A DNA stretch of 64,000 nucleotides, taken from positions 79,474 through 143,473 of the forward strand of contig JANQKC010000024.1 in NCBI GenBank assembly GCA_028281325.1. The letters run 5' to 3'. The stretch comes from Alphaproteobacteria bacterium (GTDB lineage: Bacteria; Pseudomonadota; Alphaproteobacteria; UBA8366). Shown here in pieces: positions 45,219-54,587 of this stretch. The notes under the pieces are model-generated. The model was not told where the DNA came from and ran no database searches. It was given only the letters and a program-made list of their open reading frames with translations. The stretch's first letter is position 1, and every line of letters begins with the position of its first letter. A program made the position numbers and the translations under genes.

Positions 45219-46184
45219 CTACCCAAGAATGTGCAACAAATCCCGCCACGCCGCTTCTTCCCGCTCCGGCTTGAACAGGTCGGCGCGCGCGCGGCATTGG
45301 CGCGTTAGCGTCTTCAGGAAATTCCGATCGTGTTCGACCCTGTCCAGGCAGGCCGCCAGGGCGGCGGTGTCGCCGACCGGGAAAAATCCGGCATAGTCGT
45401 CGCCCAGCAGCCCGACCGATCCTGAAATGTCCGATGCGATGACCGGGACGTCCGCGGCGACCGCTTCGGACAGCACGTTCGCGCCGCCCTCCATGATCGA
45501 ACTCAACACCATCGCGTGGGACGAATCGAAAAGCCGGCGTACCTGCCATCCTTGCGCTTCGCCGCGCCAGTCGTATCGGAGATTGGCGGCCATCTCCTGC
45601 CGCGCGCGCTCGGCCCAGTTCCCGTCATGCGCCTTGCCCAGATGCACGATCCGGACCCGCGAATCGCTCGGCAGCAACCGCGCGGCCTCGGCGGCACGCA
45701 ACGGATCCTTCTCGTCGCGTAGATGACCGATCACACAAATATCGACGGTGCGCCGCGACGGGCGGCGGGTCCGGTTGAGCGGCAAGGCCGATTGGTGGAT
45801 GACATGAAGCTTTTCGTGGAACCGATCCGGTATCTCCCGGTGCACGAGGCCGTGCAGGCACACCAGCGCGTCGGCGAGTTCCATGGAGCGATGGGTCTCG
45901 TCCGGATGGCTGCGTTGAAACTTGTAGATGTCGGTTCCCGCCAGCAGGACGATCAGCGGGCGATCGGGGTACCGCTCGTGGAAACGGATGATCGATCCGG
46001 CGCTGCGCCAGGCATGGACGGCGATCATCGCGTCGACCGATTCGTTCTCGTACTCGGTCGCGACGATCACCTCATGACCGAGACGGCGCAGGATATCCTG
46101 CCACCGCACCGCCGTCCTTCTGTTGCCGTCGCGCGACTGTTTGCCTGCGGGCGTGACAAGGCTAATCTTCAAGCCGGTCCGCAT
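45219..46184 (-). CDS. senB: Small glycosyltransferase of the selD-associated family (selenosugar synthase SenB-like)
   Basis: About 320-aa GT-B-like protein (MRTGLKISLVTPAG...). Genomic context is SelD on one side and an EgtB-like gene on the other. The start is uncertain, with a TTG at 46172 possible. Confidence 0.55.
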   Translation of the reverse strand: MRTGLKISLVTPAGKQSRDGNRRTAVRWQDILRRLGHEVIVATEYENESVDAMIAVHAWRSAGSIIRFHERYPDRPLIVLLAGTDIYKFQRSHPDETHRSMELADALVCLHGLVHREIPDRFHEKLHVIHQSALPLNRTRRPSRRTVDICVIGHLRDEKDPLRAAEAARLLPSDSRVRIVHLGKAHDGNWAERARQEMAANLRYDWRGEAQGWQVRRLFDSSHAMVLSSIMEGGANVLSEAVAADVPVIASDISGSVGLLGDDYAGFFPVGDTAALAACLDRVEHDRNFLKTLTRQCRARADLFKPEREEAAWRDLLHILG

Positions 46185-46198
46185 TAGGTGGTTTGCCC

Positions 46199-47512
46199 AT
46201 GACTGAACCCGTCCCCACGTCCCGCTTGATCGACATGATGACGAGCGCGCGCCGCCGCACGCTGGAATTGGTTCAAGGGCTGACGCCGGACCAGTTCATT
46301 GGCCCGAAACTGCCGACGCTTAATCCGTTGATCTGGGAAATCGGGCATGTCGGCTGGTTCTATGAAAATTTCATCTTGCGGCGATTGTACAACCAAGAGC
46401 CGATGCTCGCGACCGGAGATTCGCTTTATGACTCGATCGCAATCGCGCATGAAACGCGGTGGGATTTGCCGGTCCTGCCGTTGAACGAAATCCTTGCCTA
46501 TATGCAGGACGTGCAGGACGCGTTGATCGACCGCTTGGGCGACAAGGATATGGCGGACGAACGGCACAGTTATCTCTACCAGTTCACCGTCTTTCACGAA
46601 GACATGCACACCGAGGCCTTTACCTGGGCGCGGCAGACATTGGGATATCAGACGCCGGTCTTCGAGGGCGGCCCGGTCGATCGCGCTGCGCCGCAGACCG
46701 GGTCATTGTCCGGCGATGTGGCGATCATGGGCGGCACCTTTCGGATGGGTGCGGAGAAGAGCGCGCCGTTTCTGTTCGACAACGAGAAATGGGCGCGTCC
46801 CGTAACCGTCGCACCGTTCAAGATGGCGCGGGCGCCGGTTACCAACCGCGCATTTGCCGAATTTGTCGCGGAGGGCGGTTACCGAACCGAATCCTTCTGG
46901 GACGCCGATGGCTGGGCCTGGCGGCAAGACGCGGTGGTGGAACATCCGGTCTATTGGGTGCCGGACGAGCATGGCGGTTGGGGCGTTCGGCAATTCGATC
47001 GCGTCGTCGACCTGCCGCTCGACCAGCCGGTCATCCACGTCTGCTGGCATGAAGCGAACGCCTACTGCCGCTGGGCGGGCCGGCGCTTGCCGACGGAAGC
47101 GGAATGGGAGTTGGCGGCGACGACGGTGCCGGAAACCACCGACGGCGTTTTGCAGAAGCGCCGGTATCCGTGGGGCGACGAGGCGCCGACGCCGGACCGT
47201 GCCAATCTCGATGGGTTCGCGCTTGGCTGCGTCGATGTCGCGGCATATCCGGCGGGCGACAGCGCCTATGGCTGCCGTCAGATGATCGGCAATGTCTGGG
47301 AATGGACGCAGGACGTCTTCAAGCCGTTTCCGGGTTTCGCGCCCGACGATTACAAGGAATACTCCCAGCCGCTGTTCGATACGACACGGGTCTTGCGGGG
47401 CGGTGCGTGGACGACGCGGGGGCGGATGATCACGTCCCTTTATCGCAACTATTTCGGGCCGGACCGGCGCGACGTTTTCGCCGGGTTCCGGACCTGCGCG
47501 TTGTCCGACTAA
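46199..47512 (+). CDS. senA: EgtB-like C-Se/C-S bond-forming enzyme (DinB_2 N-terminal domain plus FGE-sulfatase domain); selenoneine synthase SenA-like
   Basis: WEIGHVGWFYENFIL and FHEDMHTEAF (DinB_2 His triad), then GGTFRMG, TEAEWELAA, GNVWEWT and RGGAW (FGE-sulfatase fold). AGGTGG SD sits 8 nt before ATG 46199. Confidence 0.65.
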   Translation: MTEPVPTSRLIDMMTSARRRTLELVQGLTPDQFIGPKLPTLNPLIWEIGHVGWFYENFILRRLYNQEPMLATGDSLYDSIAIAHETRWDLPVLPLNEILAYMQDVQDALIDRLGDKDMADERHSYLYQFTVFHEDMHTEAFTWARQTLGYQTPVFEGGPVDRAAPQTGSLSGDVAIMGGTFRMGAEKSAPFLFDNEKWARPVTVAPFKMARAPVTNRAFAEFVAEGGYRTESFWDADGWAWRQDAVVEHPVYWVPDEHGGWGVRQFDRVVDLPLDQPVIHVCWHEANAYCRWAGRRLPTEAEWELAATTVPETTDGVLQKRRYPWGDEAPTPDRANLDGFALGCVDVAAYPAGDSAYGCRQMIGNVWEWTQDVFKPFPGFAPDDYKEYSQPLFDTTRVLRGGAWTTRGRMITSLYRNYFGPDRRDVFAGFRTCALSD

Positions 47513-49674
47513 CCCGCGTCGCGTTTCACGATCAGGGCGTCGACGATCGACACGCCCTCGCCGGCCGGATGAACCAGCACGGGGTTCAGGTCGATCTCCG
47601 CGATGGTGTCCGCGTGATCGGCGGCGAGTTGCGACAGTTTCACGATCAGGTCGATCAACGCGTCGATGTCGGCGGCGGGCGCGCCGCGCACCCCGTCCAG
47701 TAACTTCCGGCCTTTCAGCCGGTCCAGCACCTGCGCCGCCGCGTCGGCGGTCAGCGGTACCGGCGAGAAGGCGACGTCGCGCAGCACCTCGACATGGATG
47801 CCGCCGAGCCCGACCATGAGCATGGGGCCGAAGGCGTCGTCATGATTGATGCCGAGGATGATCTCCTGACCTCGCTTCGCCATCGGCTGCACCAGCACGC
47901 CGTGAATGTCCGGGTCGTCGACACCGGAATTCTTGTGATAGGCGATTGCGTTTTCGATCAGCGACGAAAAAGCGTCTTCGACGGCCGCCGGATCGTCCAA
48001 GCCGAGGGCGACCGCGCCTGCGTCGGTCTTGTGTAAGACGTCGGGCGATTGGACCTTGAGGGCGACCGGGCCGCCGATTTCACCGAGCGCCATGGCCGCG
48101 TCCTCCGGGGATTTCGCCAAACGGCCGACCGGAACGGGTATGCCATAGGCGGCGAGGGCCGGCACGGCCTGGTATTCGCAGAGCACGGGGCCCGCGTCGG
48201 CCAACAATGGCGCGGCAGCCTCCTTGGCATTGCCGGACAGTGTCGTGACCGCCGGCGTTTTGAGGAACCGGTCGCGGAAGGCGTGGTAGTCGGCCATCGC
48301 CGCCATGGTGCGGGCGCAGTTCCGCATGTTGGTATAGAGCGGATAGCCGGCGCGGTTCAGCAGTTCCATCGCCGTGCCGCGGGTCAGTGTGTAGCTGCAG
48401 AACAGGATCGGTTTCTCGCACTCGGCGGCGACCCGTTTCAGGTTTTCCTCTTCCCGCTCGTAGCCGGCGGCGTTGCGGGCCGACGTCACCACGATCACCG
48501 AATCCACTTCCGGGGATTGCGCGACCATCCCCGCGAAATTTCCATAGCCGACTTCCCGGATCGCCTGCGCGGTGCCGTCCACCGGATTCTGCGACGTGCC
48601 GTAGGGCGGCAGATATTCGTCGATCACCGCGCGGGTCTCGGCGTCCAAGGGCGGCACCACGAGGCCGGCCGCTTCGCAACTGTCGGCCATCCATCCGCCG
48701 CCGCCGCCCGATCCAGTGGCGATGCCGACCCGCTTGCCCATCGGCAGTTTGTTGCGGTAACGCGAGAACCCGGCTGCGACGTCGACGATATCCTCGATGT
48801 CGTAGCCTTCGATCACGCCGTACCGGTCGAACATCGCCTTATAGGCCGTGTAGGCGCCGGTCATGGCCGCCGTGTGCGAGGCGGCGGCGCGTTGTCCGGC
48901 TTCCGACCGGCCGATCTTGGTCAGGATGATCGGCTTACCGGCGCGCAGAGCCTTCTCGGCGATGGGGGCGAAGCGTTCCGGGTTCTTGATGTCCTCCATG
49001 AACATCAGGATCACCTCGGTCTTGCCGTCGTCGAGCATGTAGTCGACAAAATCCAAACCCGAGAGGCAGGCTTCGTTTCCGGTGGTCATCACATAGCTGA
49101 ACGGCAGTTCCTTGGGACGGCCCCGATCGTAGAAGGAGAAACCGATGCCGCCGCTTTGCGCCGTGACGCCGATATAGCCGTCGGACCGGTGCGGCGGCAC
49201 GAGCGGCAGGTCGGGGTCGTCGACCGTGGCGCTGAAGGTGGCGCAGAGCGGCGCCAGCATGTTGGCGAAGCCTTCGGAATTGGGGCCGCCGATGGCGAGG
49301 TCGTATTTCTCGGCGATCGCCCGGATTTCATCCTGCAGGGCATCGCCCGCGTCGCCGGATTCCTCCGCGAAGCCGGAACTGATGATCATGGCCGCGCGCA
49401 CGCCCGCTTCGCCGCAGTCGGTCAACGCGTCCGCGACATTTTCTGCCGGGATCACCAGGACCGCCAGATCGACGCGTTCGGGGATGTCGGCGATCGTCCG
49501 GTAGGTTTTCAGGCCGTTGATCTCATCGTTGCTGCGGCTGACGGGATAGATGTTGCCGGGAAATTCGTGGCAGCCGAGGACATGCATGATGCGACCGCGG
49601 ATGATATGCGCGTTCGGCGAGGCGCCGATGACCGCCACGGATTTCGGGGACATGAGCGCGGAGATGTCGGGCAT
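47509..49674 (-). CDS. ADP-forming acyl-CoA synthetase (CoA-binding plus ATP-grasp; acetate--CoA ligase [ADP] family)
   Basis: N-terminal CoA-binding SVAVIGAS and C-terminal ATP-grasp; 721 aa. Confidence 0.8.
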   Translation of the reverse strand: MPDISALMSPKSVAVIGASPNAHIIRGRIMHVLGCHEFPGNIYPVSRSNDEINGLKTYRTIADIPERVDLAVLVIPAENVADALTDCGEAGVRAAMIISSGFAEESGDAGDALQDEIRAIAEKYDLAIGGPNSEGFANMLAPLCATFSATVDDPDLPLVPPHRSDGYIGVTAQSGGIGFSFYDRGRPKELPFSYVMTTGNEACLSGLDFVDYMLDDGKTEVILMFMEDIKNPERFAPIAEKALRAGKPIILTKIGRSEAGQRAAASHTAAMTGAYTAYKAMFDRYGVIEGYDIEDIVDVAAGFSRYRNKLPMGKRVGIATGSGGGGGWMADSCEAAGLVVPPLDAETRAVIDEYLPPYGTSQNPVDGTAQAIREVGYGNFAGMVAQSPEVDSVIVVTSARNAAGYEREEENLKRVAAECEKPILFCSYTLTRGTAMELLNRAGYPLYTNMRNCARTMAAMADYHAFRDRFLKTPAVTTLSGNAKEAAAPLLADAGPVLCEYQAVPALAAYGIPVPVGRLAKSPEDAAMALGEIGGPVALKVQSPDVLHKTDAGAVALGLDDPAAVEDAFSSLIENAIAYHKNSGVDDPDIHGVLVQPMAKRGQEIILGINHDDAFGPMLMVGLGGIHVEVLRDVAFSPVPLTADAAAQVLDRLKGRKLLDGVRGAPAADIDALIDLIVKLSQLAADHADTIAEIDLNPVLVHPAGEGVSIVDALIVKRDAG

Positions 49675-49737
49675 GGTGTCGGGTGTCCTGTGTGGACCTC
49701 TTGTTGTTCCAAACGATGAGCGGCCGGTGCTAGCGGG

Positions 49738-50898
49738 TCAGCGAAGCCCCAGGCCACGGGCGATGATGCCACGCAGGATTTCCCGCGTGCCGCCCTGGAT
49801 GGTGAGTTTCGGTGCGATCAACGTCGCAAAGCGCATCAACTCGTCGAAATCCGCGCGGTTGCCGGGATCAGATCGCGCGAAAGCCGACAGCTCGCGCGCC
49901 TTCGCCGGCAGGTCCTGCTCCCAGTTCGTACCGAGATCCTTCACCACCGAGCTTTCGAGCACCGGTTCCTTGCCCGCTGCGAGCATGCCGTTGACCGAAA
50001 TCGACATGCGGCGCAGCGTGTGCAACTGCGCGACGAGCCGGCCGATGCCTTCGGCGCCGCGCGCGTCCGGTTCCTTGCCGAGCACGTTGACCAATTCCGG
50101 CAGGATATAGATCGTTTCGAGGAATCGTTCCGGTCCGCTCCGCTCGTAGGCGAGTTCGCTGGTCGCCTGTTTCCAGGCGGAATCGATCTCGCCCAGGACG
50201 GCGTTTTCCGGCAGCACCGCATCCTCGAAGATCACTTCGTTGAATTCGTGATTGCCGGTCAGGTGCAGCAGCGGCCGCACCGTGATGCCCGGCGTGCTCA
50301 TATCCACCAGGAACTGGGTCAGGCCATGCCGGCGGTTGTCCTCGGTCGCGGGCGACGTGCGGAACAGGCCGATCATGTAGTGCGAGCGGTGCGCGTTGCT
50401 GGTCCAGACCTTACGGCCGTTGATGCGCCAGCCGTCGGCGGTCTTCTCCGCCTTCGTCTTGGCGGCGAACAGGTCGGAGCCGGAATCGGGCTCGCTCATG
50501 CCGATGCAGAAATAGCATTCGCCGCGGGCGATGCGCGGCACGATGTCTTGCTTGACCTCTTCCGGCGCGTATTTCAGCAGGATCGGGCCGCTTTGCCGGT
50601 CGGCGGTGAAATGCGCCCGGGTCGGCGCGCCGGCGACCCGGAATTCCTCGGTCACCACGTAGCGTTCCAGGAAGCTGCGCTCGTGGCCGCCGTACTCCTT
50701 CGGCCACGTGAGGCCGATCCATCCGCGGTCGCCGACCTTCCGGCTGAAGTCGGGATTGAAGGCCTTGCCGAGATGCGCGGACTGCGGGTCGAAGGTGCCG
50801 GCCGCGATTTCCTCTTTGAGGAAGGCGCGGACTTCCGTGCGAAGTTCCTCGGCTTCGGGCGGAAGGCGGATCGGGTCGAATTCGATTGTGCTCGACAT
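49738..50898 (-). CDS. Acyl-CoA dehydrogenase
   Basis: ACAD N, middle and C domains; start 50898 with GGAGA SD. Confidence 0.85.
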   Translation of the reverse strand: MSSTIEFDPIRLPPEAEELRTEVRAFLKEEIAAGTFDPQSAHLGKAFNPDFSRKVGDRGWIGLTWPKEYGGHERSFLERYVVTEEFRVAGAPTRAHFTADRQSGPILLKYAPEEVKQDIVPRIARGECYFCIGMSEPDSGSDLFAAKTKAEKTADGWRINGRKVWTSNAHRSHYMIGLFRTSPATEDNRRHGLTQFLVDMSTPGITVRPLLHLTGNHEFNEVIFEDAVLPENAVLGEIDSAWKQATSELAYERSGPERFLETIYILPELVNVLGKEPDARGAEGIGRLVAQLHTLRRMSISVNGMLAAGKEPVLESSVVKDLGTNWEQDLPAKARELSAFARSDPGNRADFDELMRFATLIAPKLTIQGGTREILRGIIARGLGLR

Positions 50899-51074
50899 GG
50901 CGGCGCGCGTCTCCGTTGGCTCGATCGGCCCGGCGTCATTTGCAGGCAGGACGCCGAAGGCGGTAAGTGTAGATCGAGAAAGTGTCGACCCGCTGCTCGC
51001 GGGATCGCCCCGCATAATATCCGTAGCCCGGCAGCTTTGTCACATCGGCCGCGATTCCAAAGGACTAGGAGCCC

Positions 51075-52139
51075 ATGAGCGATACCGACACCATCATCGT
51101 CGATACCACGACGAAGATCTTCCAGGACCTTTGCGATCCGCAGACCGTGAACAACGCGGAAGACGAGTCATGGCGTCGGCCGCTCTGGACAGCGCTGCAG
51201 GAGTCGGGTCTGACGCTGACCTGGGTGCCGGATACGCTGGGCGGCGCCGGCGCGGAATTGCAGGACGGGTTCGATGTGCTGCGCGTCGCCGGGTCCTATG
51301 CGGTGCCGGTCCCCTTGGCGGAAACGTTGCTGGCCGGTTGGCTGTTGTCGCAGGCCGGTCTCGAATCGCCCATGGAGGCGATGACCGTCGCGCCGGTGCG
51401 CAAGGGCGACGGCCTGACCATCGGCGATTACGGCACGCTCTCTGGCACGGCGCATCAGGTGCCCTTCGCCCGTGACGCCGGGCACGTTGCCGTCGTCGCG
51501 CGGCAGGGCGATGCGGTCAAGGTCGCGTTGGTCGAACGGTCGCAGGGCACCGTCGCGGAAGGGCGCAGTCTCGCGGACGAGCCGAAGGACGACATTACCT
51601 TCGACGGCGCGGGGCTCGTTGCCGTCGCCGATGCGCCGGACGGTATCGACGAAGACGCCGTCTTTCTGATGGGCGCGGCGGTGCGGTCGGTGCAGATGGC
51701 GGGCGCGTTGCAGGCGATCCTGGATGTGTCGGTGGAGTATTCCAAGGACCGCACCGCGTTCGGGCGGGCGATCTCCAAGTTCCAGGCGGTCCAGCACAAT
51801 CTCGCCAAGCTTGCGAGCGAGGTGTCCGCCGCGATTGCCGTCTCGGCGTCGGCCGCGGATGCGATCCAACGACGCGACGGGTTCGACGAACATCTGGTGC
51901 TGGAGGTGGCGTCGGCAAAGATTCGCGTCGGCGAGGCGGCCGGCGAGGGCGCGGCCATCGGTCATCAGGTGCACGGCGCGATCGGCTTCACCATCGAACA
52001 CATCCTGCACCGTTATTCGCGCCGGCTTTGGTCCTGGCGTGACGACTTCGGCAGCGAGAGCGAATGGGCCGTTCGGCTCGGGACGATGATCGCGGCCAAG
52101 GGTGGCGACGAGCTGTGGCCGACCTTGACGGCGGGTTAG
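51075..52139 (+). CDS. Acyl-CoA dehydrogenase family protein (divergent; probable partner subunit)
   Basis: ACAD C-terminal-like helical domain (FGRAISKFQAVQHNLA). Confidence 0.7.
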   Translation: MSDTDTIIVDTTTKIFQDLCDPQTVNNAEDESWRRPLWTALQESGLTLTWVPDTLGGAGAELQDGFDVLRVAGSYAVPVPLAETLLAGWLLSQAGLESPMEAMTVAPVRKGDGLTIGDYGTLSGTAHQVPFARDAGHVAVVARQGDAVKVALVERSQGTVAEGRSLADEPKDDITFDGAGLVAVADAPDGIDEDAVFLMGAAVRSVQMAGALQAILDVSVEYSKDRTAFGRAISKFQAVQHNLAKLASEVSAAIAVSASAADAIQRRDGFDEHLVLEVASAKIRVGEAAGEGAAIGHQVHGAIGFTIEHILHRYSRRLWSWRDDFGSESEWAVRLGTMIAAKGGDELWPTLTAG

Positions 52140-52513
52140 CCGAGCGCTTCGAAGTCGTCCTCGCGCAGCAAGGCGGTGCCGTCCGGCTGCAGCACCCAGA
52201 GTTCCTTGGTGATCACGCCATGCGCATTATTCATTCGCCAGTCGGATGAGAGGATCGCGGATCGCGCATCGACGATCTCGATTTTCGGGTCGACATACTC
52301 GACGCCGGTAAATCCGCTTTCGATCAGCTTCGTCCAAAATGCGTGGATTTGTTTATGCCCCGTAAAAGTGCCGAACGGCTCGGCGTTCATCACGGCGTCC
52401 TTTTCGTAAGCCGCCGTGCAGCCGTCGGCGTCGCCCGCATTGAAGGCGGCGATCCATTTCGCGCTGGCGGCTTTGACGGTGGCGATCAGCGCCTCATGGT
52501 TATCGTCGGTCAT
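52136..52513 (-). CDS. SnoaL/NTF2-like small protein
   Basis: About 125 aa with an NTF2-like pattern; start 52513 with GGAG SD. Confidence 0.5.
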   Translation of the reverse strand: MTDDNHEALIATVKAASAKWIAAFNAGDADGCTAAYEKDAVMNAEPFGTFTGHKQIHAFWTKLIESGFTGVEYVDPKIEIVDARSAILSSDWRMNNAHGVITKELWVLQPDGTALLREDDFEALG

Positions 52514-52558
52514 GGCGGTGACTCCGGTCGTTTGGTTTGAGGGGCAGGATGGCGTCAA

Positions 52559-54199
52559 TCAGCCGAGTTTGAAATCCTTCATCGCGTGGTCGACGAGGCT
52601 GGCCTTACGCACCTTGTTGCTGCCGGTCAGGCCGTAGCGTTCGAACCCGTCGACGATCTTTACATAGCGCGGCACCTTGAAGTTGGCGATCCGCTCGCGG
52701 CACCACCCGATGACATCGTCATCGCTCAGGGCCGCGCCGTCGTTCGGCACGACATAGGCTGCCGGCACCTCGACGAGACGGGCGTCCGGCACGCCGATCA
52801 CCTGCGCCTGGCTGACCGCCGGATGCTGGTTGATGCACTCCTCGACTTCCGCGGGGGCGAGGTTCTCGCCGCCGACGCGGATGATCTCTTTCTTGCGGCC
52901 GATGAAGACCAGCCGGTTGTCGCCGCTCAACCGCCCGAGGTCGCCGGTGTGCAGCCAGCCGTCGGCGTCGATCGTCTCCGCGGTCGCCTCGGGCATGTTG
53001 TAATAGCCCTTCATCACCGCCCAGCCGCGGGTCAGGATTTCGCCGTCCCGCCCTGCGGGAAGGTCTTGGCCGTCGTCGTCGACGATCCGCACCTCGAGAC
53101 CGTCATGGATACGCGCCAAGCCGTCGATACGGTCTTTCAGCGGATCGTTGCAGTTCGACATGGCGATATTGGGCGATGCCTCGGACAAGCCGTAGGCGAC
53201 CACCATGTGCCGTGCGCCGAACCGCTCGGCGAGGTCGCGCATGACGCTGGGCGACACGGCGGCGATGCCTGTCCGCAGGTGATAGGTCCGCTTGTCGAAA
53301 TCGGGATGTCCCATCAGCATCTGGAACATCGTGTCGTTGCCGCTGGTCATCGTGCAGCGCTCCTCGCTCAGGATGCGCAAGGCCTCGGCGGGATCGAACC
53401 TGGCGGTTGTGATCAGGCAGGCGCCGCCCAACAGGGCGACGAGCAAGCCCATTGTGGTGCCGCCCACATGGAAAAACGGTCGGCCGACATAATACCGGTC
53501 GCCGGGTCGTACGCCGGCGCGCGCCGCCATCCAGGCCGCGTTGTGCAGCATGTTGCGATGCCGCAGCATCGCCCCCTTGGGAAAAGACGTGGTGCCGGAT
53601 GTGTATTGGATCAGGGCGATATCTTCCGTCGAGACATCGGCTTTCGCCGTCGCCAACGCCTCTGCCGCCGCTGCGTCGGCGAGGAAATCGTCAAAGGTCA
53701 TCGCGGCCGCCGGCACCGTGTCCCCGACCACCACGATTTTTTCGAGTTTGGGCAGGGCGGCATGCGGCGGGGCCGTGTCGATCGACGGGCAAATCTCGCG
53801 CAGCATGTCGATGAAGTCGATGTCGAGGAAACGGTCGGCGACGAAGAGCACCCGGGCGTCCGACTGCTCGAGCGCGTAGCGGATCTCTCCGGCCTTGAAC
53901 CGGGTGTTGATCGGCACGGCCACCGCGCCGATCGCGGCGATGGCGTAGAACAACCGAACCCATGCGATGCCATTGCCGAGGCAGAGCGCGACATGGTCGC
54001 CTCTCTTCACGCCGAGAGCGAGCAGCGAGCGGGCGGTATCGTCCGCCAGCCGGGCGAGGTCGGCATAGGTCAGCCGGGAGTCACCGTAAACCACGGCTTC
54101 CGCGTCCGGCCAGCGGTCGGATGCGGCGGACAGCGCGGCGGCGAATGTCGGGGGGCTGATGACGTCGATTTCGGGTTCTGGCGTTTTCGTGTTTGGCAT
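52559..54199 (-). CDS. AMP-dependent acyl-CoA synthetase/ligase
   Basis: YTSGTTSFPKGA AMP-binding motif, with full length matching the family. Confidence 0.85.
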   Translation of the reverse strand: MPNTKTPEPEIDVISPPTFAAALSAASDRWPDAEAVVYGDSRLTYADLARLADDTARSLLALGVKRGDHVALCLGNGIAWVRLFYAIAAIGAVAVPINTRFKAGEIRYALEQSDARVLFVADRFLDIDFIDMLREICPSIDTAPPHAALPKLEKIVVVGDTVPAAAMTFDDFLADAAAAEALATAKADVSTEDIALIQYTSGTTSFPKGAMLRHRNMLHNAAWMAARAGVRPGDRYYVGRPFFHVGGTTMGLLVALLGGACLITTARFDPAEALRILSEERCTMTSGNDTMFQMLMGHPDFDKRTYHLRTGIAAVSPSVMRDLAERFGARHMVVAYGLSEASPNIAMSNCNDPLKDRIDGLARIHDGLEVRIVDDDGQDLPAGRDGEILTRGWAVMKGYYNMPEATAETIDADGWLHTGDLGRLSGDNRLVFIGRKKEIIRVGGENLAPAEVEECINQHPAVSQAQVIGVPDARLVEVPAAYVVPNDGAALSDDDVIGWCRERIANFKVPRYVKIVDGFERYGLTGSNKVRKASLVDHAMKDFKLG

Positions 54200-54587
54200 A
54201 GGGACCCGACCCTATGGAATGGCCGCGTTCGCCGCAAGCGGCGCGCGGCGGCCCTACGTCGGTAGGAATACGGGCATATCAACTTGCGTCGCAGCGAGAT
54301 ATGCATTGAAATGCGCGTTGACCCGGTTTGGATGCCGGTTTCCAATTTAGACGTGCCGAGTTCGTAACTCGACACAGCTTTCCCGAGCTCGGTGGATTCC
54401 CACCGGGAGCCGTTTTCTACCTTTGGTGTGTCGACGTAATGCGGACATTCAGCAGGACGCGACCGGAGCCGTTTGAAACCGTCGGCGCCCGTGTCGACTG
54501 TCGATTGGTCCTGCGCCGCGTTGAAACAGATGGGCCGACGCGCCAAAATCCGATTGGTCGGTCGAACAACCTGCAGGAGCGATAGCG

